Shown: piece after piece, positions 26,027 through 40,073 of the stretch
How the letters are laid out: each line of letters starts with the position of its first letter
Position numbering within the stretch: position 1 is the stretch's first letter
Assembly (NCBI RefSeq): GCF_004010195.1
Contig: NC_057718.1
Coordinates: forward strand, 8,083,552-8,147,551
Source of the DNA: Chiloscyllium plagiosum
Lineage: Eukaryota
DNA: 64,000 nt
Reading direction: 5' to 3'
Position numbers and translations under genes: made by a program
Notes under the pieces: model-generated
The model's input: only the letters and a program-made list of their open reading frames with translations
What the model was told of the DNA's origin: nothing
The model's database searches: none

Positions 26027-28147
26027 CTTTTCCCTAGGGTAGGAGAGGTTGAGTCCTTCATGGTAACCTCAATCAGTATGGAACAGCCATTGGAGACTAT
26101 CCTGAGAGCAGTTGCTCAATACTACCTTCTCCAGCATGATTGAAGATAGACAATAAATGCCAGCCTGGGCCAACAGTGCCCAAATCCTAGAAATTAATTT
26201 TTAGAAAGGTAAAAGCTGCCACAGATCTCCATATCTTCCCTTTCATTTGCCAACTTCATTATATCTGCACCCTCTGGTCACTGATACCCCTCTGCCATAG
26301 GAACAGTTCCTCCCTGTCTACTCTATCAAACCCACACCTTGAATTAAACACCTCTGTTAAACCTCCCTTTAGCTTCAACCCCTCAGTATAGCATCTTGAC
26401 ATCTCCAGTCTTTCTGCATAACTGATCCCACTTAGAAAACATTTCTATTCTCAGAGTAGTTTACAGTTGGGCAAACAACTTTGGTTTCTGTGGGGACAGA
26501 AAGGCAGAATGCAATTTCTTAACCATTGGTAAAATTCCTGAAATCCCGTGTTCTTGATATTCATTCAGAGGATGTAGGCAGCACTGGCAAGGCTTGTACT
26601 GATAGCCCATCCCTAATTGCCCCTTGAGAAGTCAGTTGTGAGCTGTCTTCTTAAACTGCTGCAGTTCATTTGGTGTAGAAACACTTGCAATGCCAATTCG
26701 GGAGTGAGCTCCAGGATGTTGACCCAACAACATTAACTAAACAACAAAACAGTTCCAGATCAGGATGGTATACAGCTTATGGGAGTGGGAAGAAGATTGA
26801 AGGTTTACTTAATGACCTAACAGCGCTCTCTCTCTCTTCCTCCAAAATGGTCTCTACCTTAGCAAACATTGTCCAAGAGTCAGCTACTAAGCCCTTGGAG
26901 AGACGAGCCAGTGCCCAGCCTCGGCCAATCCTGCTACATCAGGAATAATGGCGATCTCCAAGGGAACGCCCAATGTCCAACTTCTCTCCTCACTCCTCAC
27001 CTTGAGGTGACAAGTGATGTTCAACATCCTGAAAGCCTGCTTTATTCAACGTAGGAGGAAAAGAACTAAATTTATGTAGTGACTGTCTTATCCTTAGATT
27101 GTGTCCAAGTGCTTTAAAGCCAACAATGCCCTTTAGGATTCTCAGTGCTACTGTAACTTGGGAAGTGAGGCACAGCAAGCTCTCACAACAGGAATCACCA
27201 GATAATTGATTCCAATGGCGTTCATTGAGGAATATCAGAGACCAGGGAGACCTTCCCTCCTCTTCAATCTACAGAGGCAAACGGGACCTCAATTTGAGGT
27301 TTGACTGGAAAGAGAGCACCACTGACAGTGCAGCACTTCCTCACCACTGCCACTGGAGTTTTAGCATGGATTAGGTGATCAAGCCACTGCAGTGTGACAA
27401 TGAATTCACATTTTCTGACTCGAGTGGCAGCCAACTGAACCACAGTTGGCATCGAATTTCACTAGGGGCACATTTCACAGGAGTTGAGATCTCTAGAAAC
27501 ATTGAGCCTCGACAATGAGCGTTCAGAGAGGTTTGACTCTAAAGAACATTGCAGTAAACTTGGTCATCTGTTTACGTCGACTCTTTCCAAATGTTATGAC
27601 ACACAGCTGGGTTAGGTGGGACTTGAACCCATGCCTTCTAGCTCAGAGGTAGGGACAATATCACTGTGCCTCAAGAGTTTATGTCCAACGCATGCATTTG
27701 TCAGCAGGGATAGAATGAGAACAAGTGGCTCATTCTTTTCTTCATCTTCCTGAGGTATCATTCAATTCACAGCAAATTTATGGAGATAGTGCAGGACCAG
27801 GGACTGGCATTGCAATTAGGGTTAGTTACATTAGCAACTGTGATGCGCTGTCAAATTCCATGTTTTAGGCTGAACTCATATTGCTGCAAAGATCTAAATA
27901 TCTTCTCCACATGAGATAACGAGGCAGTAACTCAGTAATATTGAAGATTGTTGGGGTGGGGGAGGAGGGGCTGGAGACAAGAGGGAGGCCAGAAGCTGAA
28001 GTAAAAAACAAATGTGCATAAAAAATCCATGTTAAGGAAGAAACGTTTGGAAGTATCAGAAGGATAAGCAGTATCTGTGATAGACATCACTACTTAAGGC
28101 AGCCATAGACAATGATTGCTGGTGTTACCAGTGAAGCCCACATCTCC

Positions 28148-28622
28148 AAGATTTACAAGGATGTTGCCAGGTTTGGAGGGTTTGAGCTATAGGGAGAGGC
28201 TGAACAGGCTGGGGCTCTTTTCCCTGGAGCATCGGAGGCTGAGGGGTGACCTTATAGAGGTTTATAAAATCATGTGGAGCATGGACAGGGTAAATTGACA
28301 AGGTCTTTTTCCTGGGGAGGGGGAGTCCACAACTAGCAGGTATAGGTTTAGGGTGAGAGGGGAAAGACATAAAAGGGACTGAATGGGCAGCTTTTTCACT
28401 CAGAGGGTGGTGCGTGTGTGGAATGAGCTGCCAGAGGAAGTGGTGGAGGCTGGTACAATTGCAACATTTAAAAGGCATCTGGATGAGTATATGAATAGGA
28501 AGGGTTTGGAGGGTTATGGGCCGGGTGCTGGCAAGTGGGACTAGATTGGGTTGGGATATCTGGTCGGCATGGACGGGTTGGACCAAAGGGTCTGTTTCAG
28601 TGCTGTACATCTCTGTGACTCT
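28148..28622 (+). mobile_element. CR1/HER1-like 3' fragment
   Basis: RFTRMLPGLEGLSYRERLNRLGLFSLE..RLRGDLIEVYKIM and tail. Confidence 0.9.
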
Positions 28623-31600
28623 AATAAGTAAAAGCAAGAGAACAAAAAGCTCTTTTTAACAACAGAACAACTCCTTCTGATAAAATTACTCACTCCATCC
28701 TGGCTTTTGGGCTATTATTTATTTCCTGTTAGTGTGTGTGTGTATGCGCGCTACTATTTACATTTGTGAGATTGACTTGTAACTGTGGTTAATGTATTCC
28801 AGATGAGAAGTTTCACTCGTTTAATATGTATCTGCCAGGTATTGTCCCACCTGATCATCCCTCCCACTTCCCCACCTCCAACCAAGACGAGCTTGTTACT
28901 CTGCAGCAAGCTGTTAAAGTGTTGCAGGGTATCACACTCAGACCCCTCATGATCAAGTGGAGAGAGGTTCCATTAATGAAAAGGCATGAGACAGAAAAGT
29001 CCTGACCTCATTAATTCTTTCTATTTTCCTCCTACTTTACGCACTTTAAATGCACTCCATTCTCAGCTGCAACCAAAGTTCGCACTCATACAGAGATAAT
29101 AAAAACAGCTGGCAAAGCCCCAGCACCAGAGGATTCACTCAGCTGAAGGCACGTTTGGGCGAAGTGTTTCTGAGCTTTGTTGGCAATACTTGTGAAAAAT
29201 TGCTGGGCACCTTTAAGAAACCTGCAGTTCTCTCTCTTCACGAAGGAATGTGACAGAATTCCTCTTAAGGTTTGTTTTTCAAACAGTGTTTTTCAACGGA
29301 TTTGACGCTGAGCCACAGAAGGAGGAGACACGGGAGTGGGAGTGGGGTGAGGGGCCCGCTGCACTGCTTCTCATTGGGAAAGTAGGTACTGCCCTTACCC
29401 ACCTTGCAGGGTGGGGACTGGCGAGTTGAAGAGCTGAGACCCTGAAGAGGCCATTAATTCATCGCCAAATTTAAGGAGCAGATGGATTTTTACTTAATAA
29501 CGAGTGAAGGGTGAGGAGAGAGGACAAAAAAAGTGGAGTTGAGATCAAGATGAGATCTATCATCCACTGGCAGAGCAGGCACAAGAGGCTGATTGGCCTA
29601 CTGCTCCACTTAATTCTTGTGATCTTAAGAGCCTCATTTGGCAATGGGTTGGTGGGGGGGGGGAGGTGGTCACGCCTGGACCTTCTCACCCAGACCTTAA
29701 TGAATGAGATGGAAGAGGAGGTAGTGTTTCTCTCAAGGGTATACTCACCCCCTATCACTTTTCCTTCTTATCTGCTCCAACGAGGGGAAAATCAAAGGGT
29801 TTTACAGCAAAGAACAGGGCAAGCCAAGTGGTCAATGTTGGTGTTTACACCCGACCCAAAGCCTCCTCCCACGCGGTCACATTTCCTTCACTACCCTGTC
29901 ACCTTATCCATTTCCTGGTATCCCCTTAAAAGCAGCATTCACTGTCACTGCTCCATCTGTTAGTAAATCCACATTCTATCCAGCCGAAGAAGACTCTCCT
30001 GAAATTCCTCATTCAGTTAATTGGTGGCTACCACAGATGTAAGGCCCCCACTTTCAGTCTCCCACACAAGAGCAATCACCTTCTTCACATTCGCCCTATC
30101 AAACTCTTCCGGAGTCTTTAAGATCCTGTGAACGATCACCCTTTACCGTCGTCTATCCTTACAGGAAGGACCCCAGTCTGCGCAGTCTTTTATGTTATCA
30201 TCACCACTAGTTCCTGGCATCATCCTTGTAATTCCCTAGTGTCCCTCTGGCCTTTTCGCACGATGGAGATCACACCACCGCAAGAGGGTTTTAAAACTCT
30301 ATTATTTTTTAAATAAATCTTTTTAATAACTGCAGTGAAAAAGTCCAAAGGGGATATTTTCTGGCATGGGTTTGTTAGACTGAATGGCTGTGCTATAATA
30401 ACTTTCTAGTTCTGTGGTCATTCCACATTTCTCTGTAAGGCATTCGAATCTGCTTCTGGTGAAAATTGCTTAAAGTTCCCTTCTCTGGCCTCTAAACCAA
30501 CAATTCATAAAAAACCCTTCACCAAGGGGATGGTGCCCCTGTAATTTGGACTCAATGTGTATTTAATTCCAGTTCTATTAGATTTTTACTAAGAGAATGG
30601 TGCCTATAGCTCTGAGACCAGGATTCCGCAGGCTATAATGATGTGTGGTTTGTGCCATTTATGGCGCACTGGTTATTGTTCTTACCTCTGGGTTAGCAGA
30701 CTGTGTCCAAATCCCAAGGCTTGAGCATAAAAATGAACCTAACAGCGCCAGACTAAGCGAGTGCTGTCTTTTAAATAAGATGCAAAATCAAGGCCCTGCC
30801 TACGCCATCAAATGGGTGTAAAAGATCCCAAGGTTCTATCTGAAAGGAATCCAGCTTTAAATCTTGGCCAATATTTATTTATCCCGCAGGCAATATCTCA
30901 AACGATTATCTGTTTCTTCTCTAATTTCACTGCTCCTTGTGTGGCTTTGGTTGTACACAATTTGGCTGCTGCACTTCCTACATTACAACTATTAATCCAT
31001 TGGGAAAGTTGGACCCAATGTACCCTGGACCATCCTGAAAGGAGCTTTATAGTACAAGCCTTCCTTTCTTTACATTTTGCACACTGACCTCAGGCTAATT
31101 GGCACCACAGTGCCGTAACAATATACAGAGCTCTATTTTGTCCAGGATCTGTTTTCTCATTAAATATTATCCTCAGCATACGGGTGCTATTGGCAAGTTT
31201 GGTATTAACTGCCCATCCCAGCGGTGAGTTTTCTACTTAAACTGTTGCATTTTGTATAGTGAAGGTGCGCCCATAACTGTATCTAGTCCAGGAGTTTCAG
31301 GAATTTGACTCAGTGATAACAATGGAATGGAGATATATTTCCAAGTCAAGATGGTGAGTAGCATGGAGGAGGCCCAACCATCTGAGTGGCAGAGGTCACA
31401 AGACTGAACGATGTAATTAAAGCAACTGCCATACTTTAAGGAGCAGAAGTTTAGGTTCGAAGACCATCTCTTTAACTTAACAACGACAGACAAATCTCCT
31501 GAAGAGATTGACTGGTCCATTTGAGCATGAATACACATCAATATTGCACCAGTCACCTTGAAACAGAAAGAGGCTATTCAGCCCCTTCTGTCTGTTCCAC

Positions 31601-34109
31601 CATTCAATTAGTCAATGCGCTTTTTAGCTCCATTTGCCCACCTTGGTTCCTTTAGTACAATTACTGAACAAAATTCTATCAATTTCCATTCTGAAATTGT
31701 CATATAGCCCCTCAGCATGCATAACATTTTAGGCAAGAGAGTTACCAATTTGTATGTTCGTGTGAGGAACTGTTTCCCTTGATCAGTTTCAAAGAAATAT
31801 TGGACTCAAAACATTCACTCTGTTTCTCTCTCCACAGATGCTGCCAGACCTGCAGAATTTCCCCAGCGCTCTCTGTTTTCATTTCAGATCATCAGTATTC
31901 ACATGTATTTTGCTTTTATTATCACCCCTGAACAAGTTTGCTCTAAATTTTTATTGTTCCCTTGTTCTGGATTTTGGATTTTTGTTTCTCACTACCTGGT
32001 CTGTCCACTAAATATCTCAATTAGATCAGCTCTTTGTTTTCTAGGTGTACAGCCGGCTCAGCAAGTCTACATAATTTAACCCTGTGGTTCCTCCAGCTTA
32101 GCTTTCTCAAGCACCTTTAACACAGTGAAACATCCCAAAGTTCTAATGACAAAAGTTGATCCAGAGTCATATCAACTTTTAAAGAGTGCCTTCAAGACAG
32201 GAAGAAAGTATGAGAGGTGGCAAGGTGTGGGGAGGGAATTCTGGAGTTTAGCATCCAGGCAGCTAAAGACACAATCACCAATGTGGGGAAATTAAAACTG
32301 GGGTTGAGTAATCGATAGAACTGTAAGACCTCCACGATCCCAAAGGGTGGTATGGCTGGAGGACATTACAGAGAAAGCAACGGGTGAATCGTAGAATTCC
32401 AAAGGGAACAAATAAAGTTGAAGAGTTTGAAATGCATGGAGTAGTGGGTGAACAGGTTGACTGTGAGCTAGGCTACAGACAGAAAATATTTAATTGAGCC
32501 AAAGCTCATAAAGCGGGAGATATGGAAGGTTGATTGGGAGTACATTGGAACAGTTGAATCTAAAGACAACAGAGGCATAGTTGATGGTGTCAGCAGAGGC
32601 TGAGGCAGGAGTAGCACTGAGGGACGGTATGGAGGACCTGCGATCATTCTGGCGAATTTGTGCTGTTCCTCCTTCAAGACTAGCCTTTCTGAGATATGAT
32701 GCTAGAACTGACCTGAAGTTGTACTGTTATAAATGCTCATGGTGCAGAAGGCAGCAGGTCATCAGATGGTGTGTGACATCTCCTGGACCAGTGCAAGATT
32801 GAAATCTGAAGACAAATGCTTCTCTTTCTGCTACCTATCACACTGGACCCACCTTGCTACAGCAAACCTGCAGCTTGTGAAGTGGTTACTGGACAACAAT
32901 GACAACTGGGAGATGCTAAGACCCAACTTCTGGAGGTTAGAGAAAATGCATTTTGATGCATTGATTTTGAAAAGTATGTGAAATGTTAATGCAGACTCCT
33001 GGAAAGACAAAACACAGGCAGAGACTCGTAAAGCTCTGTTTCTGTGCTGCAATATTGACCAGTTCAATTATTTGTGACTGTAATAACTGATCCCTCTTAA
33101 CACTGAACATCTGTCATAATATTTGAGTACTGCAGCCTTTTTTGTTACTTTATCCACCACTGTCAACATTCTTTCCCTCCCACAGCAATGTGGCACAGTT
33201 GCAGTGTGAACCATTTACAAGCTTCACTGGAGCAACCTACCAATCCTCCCTTGTTAGCTCTTCCAAACTCATGAGCTCTGACACCTAGAACAAGGGGCAG
33301 TAGATGCTTGGAAACTTAGCCATCTGCAAGTTCCTCTCCATGTCACCTACCAACCTGACTTGGGAATATATCACTGTTCCTTCACTGTCAGAAACATGGA
33401 GCTCCCTTCCTGATAAACATTGTGGATGTAGCTACACTCCAAAGACAGCAGCAAGTCAAGACACAGTTCACCACCACTTTTTCTAGAGCAATTAGGGATG
33501 CTGGCTCAACCAATGACATTCAATTTCCATGAAAGAATAAAAAATAAACATTTTCAAGTGCAGTGATTGTTCTCATGTTGGAAAATTTTCAGACAAATTG
33601 TAAACATTAAGCTCCCACAGCCAGTAATCATAGAAGTGTTACAGTGCAGAAGGAAACTCTTCATTCCTTCTTGTCTGTGCTGGCTCAACAAACAAGCATC
33701 ATTACCCATTATCAATGTCCTGTACCCTACACATCATCTCTATGTAATAATCTATTGAACGCTTCAATTGAACCCCCCTCCACCACATTTCCAGGCAGTG
33801 TATTCCATAATCTGACTACTCACTGTGTGAAAAGACTTTTTCCTCACATCACATCTATAGAATGATCCAATCATCTGCTCTTTTTATAAAGTGACGCTAG
33901 CTGAGGGTCAAGACAAATTCCTGCTGTTCTTTGAAAGCTTGTGATTCAATCTCTTTCACACCGAGGAACTGCATCTTTGAGAGTGCAGTACTCCTGTAGT
34001 GTAGATCATAGCGGGTTTAAATCTCGGAGGTGGAGCTTAAACCCACTAACAGTAGTGGAGAGTGCCCCAGAGGACTATGGGACTAATCTGTCATTACTGG
34101 GAGATGGAG

Positions 34110-34530
34110 ACATTAAGGACTGCAGACGCTGGAAGTCAGAGTCCATAGATGTGGTGCTGGAAAAGCACAGCAGGTCAGACAGCATCCAAGGAGCAGGAAA
34201 GTCAATGTTACAGGCCAAAACCCTTCGTCAGAACTGGGGAGGGAGTTGCGGAGCCCAGAAGTAAATAGGGGGAGGGGGAGTGGGAATAGGTAGTAGGTGG
34301 ATGCAGGTAGGGAGTCATAATTTGGAGCATCTGGTGTTGAACTGGGGTGTATAAAGTTAAAAATCACACAACACCAAGTTATAGTACAACAGATTTGTTT
34401 GGAAGCACTAGCTTTTGGAGTGCTGCTCCTTCATTAGGTGGTTGGTGGAGTATAAGATCATAAGAGTCAGAATTTATAGCAAACATTTTCAGTGTGGTGT
34501 AACTGAAATTATGTATTGAAAAAAACCTGG
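34110..34530 (-). mobile_element. Two adjacent PLE pseudo-LTR fragments from different families
   Basis: 34110-34310 matches the 39121 family and 34335-34530 matches the 15000-15200 family, both reversed. Confidence 0.75.
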
Positions 34531-36519
34531 ACAAACAATCCGAAGGGCCTATAATGTTCTATGTTCAAGCCTGATTTTTAATGCAGGCAGGGAGATTAAT
34601 GCATTTAATCTGTGGGTGACTACACTTCAGGTGAAAGGCATGGATAACACAATAGGACCTTGATGGTAACATCAAGCTGACATGGGAATTGAACCTACAC
34701 TGCTAGCTCCATAACAGTGTAGCAAACCAATGGTCTAGCCAACTGAGCTAATCAAATCTCGGAACTCAAAGTTGAGGATACTACCAACTGACTTACAACC
34801 AATCGTATTTTTAACTGCTCTCAAGATATTAAGGCGACTAGATAAAGTAGATTGGGAGAATTCATTTCTGCTTATTCATGGTCTATCAATATAATCTATA
34901 AATCAGTACCAGAACTTACAGGAGTGAAATCTGGGATCGCTTTGACACACAAAAGGTAGCAGGAGTTCACAACTCTTTTCTGAAAATTACAAATGATGCT
35001 GGATCAATTGTAAATTTTAAAGTCTAAGATTAATTGATTTTTGTTGAAAAGAGAGAGGTGGAACCGAAATCTTTCATCTCATCCTCATCAGGACAAATTC
35101 GAAATTTCAAAGTCTCACAACAATATATAACTACTTACATTTTTCTTTAATTACCCAGGGATTGGAAGTCAATATGTCCCCATTGCTTCCACTGTGGTAA
35201 TGCCTCAGCCAATCAGAGTGGTCTTGCCAACCAATCAGTACAATTTAATAGGATAAATCATTGTGACCCTTTGGAATTTGGCATTCCTGCATTGGTCCTG
35301 ATGAGTGCAAGTTGAAAAGCTTCAGTAACATGTCTTCCCATTCAGAGATATAATAGACTTTTATTAGCTAATTTTCCAAAGGGATAGAGGACAAAAGTGT
35401 ATGTGTGAGCTAATCAGTTATGCCAAATACTGAATGCATACATCATTTGAACCACACAGGACCTGTTACAAAGTCACTATTGACCTAAATTTGTGGGTTT
35501 TTAAAAGTATTTAAAATGTCTTTATCAGGATCATACCATCAATTTTGAAATAAGGATATTTTTCCTCATAATGCTGTTAACGTTTAGATCAGAAGATGCC
35601 ACAATTGGTGTTTGGTAATTCAAGAATGGACAAAAGCCATTAGATTCAAAAAGATACCCAATCACCTTACTTTAAGATATTGTGCCTTCAATCTCAAAAT
35701 TATTTTCAGTACATAAGGAGATTTCTTTTTCCCTCCTTCTGAAATCGCAGGAATAAAGGCAGATGGCAGAACATTCAATTACTGTGACTTCACTGAGAAA
35801 GAGTTCGGAGACTGGAGATAAAGGATCCTTTGTTCGACTAAAACAGGGTTTGGGGAAACTTTTGGGCTAAAGTCACACAGTACTGAACTGAAAACTTGAT
35901 GTGAGCCAGACTGCTGGAGAATGTGTTCTCATTGCTGGTTCTCCTGCCCAATGACAGTTTCGCTATAAATACCTCTCTGTGTTGCAACTGACAAAGGGAC
36001 TTTATCCAACTCGGCAGCTACACTGGTGCAGACCTCCCCCAAATCTTGCTTCATCTGAAAGGCAGTACCTCTGACAGTTCAGCACCTCTTCAGTACTGTG
36101 CTGAATTGCCACCCTGGATTATTGGGGGTTGATATTCTCTGGAGTGGAACATGGACCCAGAATCTACTGTCTGAAATGGGACCGACAGTATTTCATATTA
36201 TTTTTAAACCACTAAAGAGGTCAATCAGGGAGAGAAATCATTTCTGGTGGATACATAAGAGGGTATTGTAAGGTACTTGGTGTATGGGGGGAGGGGGGGG
36301 TGCATGCACAAACTGGAAATTGGAACCAGACCTTTCAGGAGTGAAATCAGGAAGCACTTTGACATACAAAGTGTGGGAGGAATTTGTAATGTTTCTCCAC
36401 ACGTGATAATTGAGCAACTTCAATTGTTAATTTTTAAATCTGTAATTGAAAGCATAATTGGAGGCAGTATAGAGTTCATTTCAAGCCATCTCCTCCCACT
36501 ATTCCTGCTGCATTAGCAT

Positions 36520-37070
36520 TAATAGAGCCATTGAGGTCGACAGCACAGAGAAAGATCTTGCAGCCCATCAGATCTGTGCTGGTTAAAAACAAACCACCTA
36601 ACCATTCCAAATCTATTTCTACTATTCGGCCCATTGCTTTGTATGTCTTGGAATTGCAAGTGTATATCTGAATGCTTCTTAAATGTGATGAGGGTTTCTG
36701 CCTCTCCCACCCTTACAGGCAGAGAGTTCCAGGTTCCCAACACTCTCTGGGTGAAAAAACTATTTCCTCCCACCTTCTGAAAACCTCCTACCCCTTGCCA
36801 TAAATCTAAGTCCCCTGGTCATTGATCCCTTCATCAAGGGGAAAAGTTCCTTCTGTCCACCCTACCTATGCCCCTCATAATTTTATACATCTCAGCCAAG
36901 TCCCCGCTCAATCCCTGCTGCTCCAAGGAAAACAATTCCAGCCCGTCCAGTCTCTCTTCTTAACTAAAACTCTCCAGCCCAGGCAATATCCTGGTAAATC
37001 TCCTCTGCACCCTTCCCAGCACTATCGCATCTCTCCTATAATATGGATCCCAGAATGACACACAATGCTC
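36520..37070 (-). mobile_element. CR1 3' fragment
   Basis: FFTQRVLGTWNSLP...TFKKH. Confidence 0.8.
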
Positions 37071-37317
37071 TATATGGGATCTAACCAACAACTGAACAGT
37101 TCCTGCATCATCCTCCAATGGTCCCCAACATTACAGATACCAGTCTTCGATTCACTCCATGAAATGGTTGCAGACACTGGATAGCGCAAAGGATATGGGC
37201 CCTGACAACATTCTGAAAATAATGCTGAATCCTTGTGCTCAAGAACGTGCTGCGTTTCCAGTACAGTTACAACACTGATATCTACCCAACAATGTGGAGA
37301 ATTGCCCAAATTTGTTG

Positions 37318-37660
37318 GGGCGGCAAGATGGCTCAGTGGTTAGCACTGCTGCCTCACAGCGCCAGGGACCCAGGCTCGATTCCAGCCTCGGATGACTGTC
37401 TGTGTGGAGTTTGCATGTTCTCCCTGTGTCTGCGTGGATTTCTACTGGGTGCCCCGGTTTCCTCCCACAGTTCAAAGATGTGCAGGTTAGGTGAGTTGGC
37501 CACGCAAAATTGCCCATTGTGCTCAGGAATGTGTAAGTTAGGTGCATTAGTGAGAGGTAAATAGGGGAGGGGAATGTATCTGGGTGGGTTACTCAACGGA
37601 AGGGTCGATGTGGACTTGTTGAGCCGAAGGGCGTGTTTCCATGCTGTTGGGATTCTATAA
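37318..37660 (+). mobile_element. HE1-like V-SINE, near full length
   Basis: A box tggctcagtggttagca, B-box-like ggctcgattcc, V-domain and a LINE-related 3' end. Confidence 0.9.
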
Positions 37661-37720
37661 TTCACCAAAGATCCTCAGACAGCAATTTCCAAACCCACAA
37701 CACTTCCATCTAGAAGGACA

Positions 37721-38277
37721 AGGATATTGCGTGCAATTCTGTTCTCCTTCCTGTCTGAAGGATGTTGTGAAACTTGAAAGGGTTCAGAAAAGATTTACGA
37801 GGATGTTGCCAGGGTTGGAGGATTTGAGCTATGGGGAAATGTTGAATAGGCTGGGCCTGTTTTCCCTGGAGCATCAGAGGCTGAGGGGTGACCTTATAGA
37901 GGTTTACAAAATCATGAGGAGCACGGATAGGATAAATATACAAAGTCTTTTCCCTGGGGAGGGGGAGTCCAGAACTAGAGGGCATAGGTTTAGGGTGAGA
38001 GGGGAAAGATATAAAAGAGACCTAAGGGACAACTTTTTCACACAGAGAGTCGTACATGTATGGAATGAGCTGTCAAAGGAAGTGGTGGAAGCTGGTATAG
38101 TTGCAACATTTAAAAGGCATTTGGATGGGTATATGAATAGGAAGGGTTTGGAGGGATATGGGCCCTGGTGTTGGCAAGTGGGACGAGATTGGGGTGGGAT
38201 ATCTGATTGACATGGACAAGTTGGACCGAAGGGCCTTTTTCCGTGCTGTACATTTCTTTGGCTATGACTCTATGACT
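37721..38277 (+). mobile_element. CR1/HER1-like 3' fragment
   Basis: YCVQF..KLERVQKRFTRMLPG...FKRHLDGYM; (ctatgact)2 tail. Confidence 0.9.
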
Positions 38278-38770
38278 GTATATAGGAACACCACCCCTTG
38301 CAAGTTCCCCTCCAGGCCACCCACCATCCTGACTTAGAAATAGATCACTGTTCCTTCACTGTCACTGGAATTCCCTCCCTAAGGGCATTGTGGACCATCC
38401 CACAGCACATGGACAGATAGTTCACCACCACCTTCTCAAGGGGCAACTAGGGACGCGCAATAAATGCTGGGCCTACATCACACAAACGAATTTTCAAAAA
38501 ACGTATTCTTCAGCTTATCAAGGCAAGTATATCTCGTATGCCTTCAAAACCACGTTATCTCCCTCACCCATCACGTGAGACACAGGTGGACATGCACACC
38601 AAAATCCTTCTGATCCCCAGTGCTTCAAGGGTCTGACCAATCATAGAGACATAGAGATGTACAGCATGGAAACAGACCCTCAGTCCAACCCGTCCATGCC
38701 GATCAGATATCCCAACCCAATCTAGTCCCACCTGCCAGCACCCGGCCCATATCCCTCCAAGGTTCTGCTA

Positions 38771-39218
38771 CGTCCTGGGCCTCCTCTACCGCCGCTCCCT
38801 CACCACCTGACGCCTGGAGGAAGAATGCCTCATCTTCTGCCTCAGAACACTTCAACCCCAGGGCATCAATGTGGACTTCACCAGTTTCCTCATTTCCCCT
38901 CCCCCCACCTTACCCCAGTTCCAACCTTCCAGCTCAGCACTGTCCCCATGACTTGTCCTACCTGCTAATTTCCCTTCCCACCTATCCGCTCCACCCTCCT
39001 CTCTGACCTATCACTTCCATCCCCACCCCCATTCACCAATTGTACTCTATGCTACTTTCTCCCCACCCCCACCCCCCCTCTCATTTATCTCTGCACTCTG
39101 CAGGCACCCTGCCATTGTTCCTGATGAAGGGCTTTTGCCTGAAACGTCGATTCTCCTGCTCCTCGGATGCTGCCTGACCTGCTGTGCTTTTCCAGCACCA
39201 CTCTAATCTAGACTCTGA
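38771..39218 (+). mobile_element. PLE 3' fragment (endonuclease C-terminus and pseudo-LTR with hammerhead core at 39121-39148)
   Basis: VLGLL...RLEEECLIFCLRTLQPQGINVDF, then ctgatgaagggcttttgcctgaaacgtc. Shares sequence with 61300-61470. Confidence 0.85.
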
Positions 39219-39221
39219 TCG

Positions 39222-39480
39222 GTAGATAGACAGGCAGGAGGCTGGGAGAACACAGGCAGCACCAGGAGGTGGAGAGGGCGATGTTTCGGGTGTAACCCTT
39301 CTTCAGAACTGGGGGTGGGTGCAGGGGGAGCTGCAGATCGAGGGGTTGGCGAGGGCCAGGGTGGTGAAGCAGGGGGCAGAGGTGAAGACGAGTAGAGGGT
39401 ACGACCCTGTTGGTCAGTGGGAGGAATGTATCCAGTTGGTGGCTGGGGTGGGGGCATTGGGAAGGATGATGGGAAGGAAG
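39222..39480 (-). mobile_element. PLE pseudo-LTR fragment of another family
   Basis: Minus-strand CTGAAGA-A-GGGT-TAC-ACCC-GAAACATC core at 39280-39306 after a C-rich tract. Confidence 0.6.
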
Positions 39481-40073
39481 GTTATTGGAAATTGGAGAAC
39501 ATGATCGTATTGAATGAGGGCGAAGGGCCGACTCCCGCTCCTATATTCAACCGCACTCCTTTTCTGAGAGTCATAGCAGCTTCACTCTCTTGGTGCACAG
39601 CTGCAGCCAGACCTGCTAAGTTTCTCCAGCAATTTCAAAATTAAAAACTGTGTTCCGTCCCATCATGTCAGCCTGTTCCTGTTTCACTGAGCTGAATCCT
39701 TCCAACCCCGACTCCACGTTTCTCCCCTCTTGTCCCGAATTGGAAGAAAAGTTCCATTGGGACTCACTGAAACCTGTCTCTCTCTCTCTCTGTTTTCTCG
39801 GGCACTTTCTGCTCCCGTTCCAGGACGTGAGCTGTACTGGCTGACACTTGCGGCTCGCAGCTCTCCCTCTCTGGGCCAGTGTGACTGAATTGTAGGGGGG
39901 GAGTGGAGTTGCTCTGAGACTGAAACCTCCTCTATACCTGAGGCTTCGCCCCCGAAAAATGTACAAACCCGTCCCTTTATTTCCCGAGCCGCCCCGCATG
40001 AAATACCAGGAGACTGGACCTGCCCAGTAACTGACACATTCAAAAGTTTCAAAACTGACATGGGTCCTCTCAC

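Noticed and set aside
29471..29963. 150-aa and 95-aa ORFs
   Set aside because: No domain similarity; they overlap degenerate repeat sequence in the probable first intron.
35940..35975. CCAAT followed by TATAAATA on the plus strand
   Set aside because: Short motifs with atypically close spacing and no downstream gene evidence; expected by chance.
37318..37390. tRNA-like sequences with A/B boxes
   Set aside because: They are SINE heads continuing into V-domain bodies, not tRNA genes.
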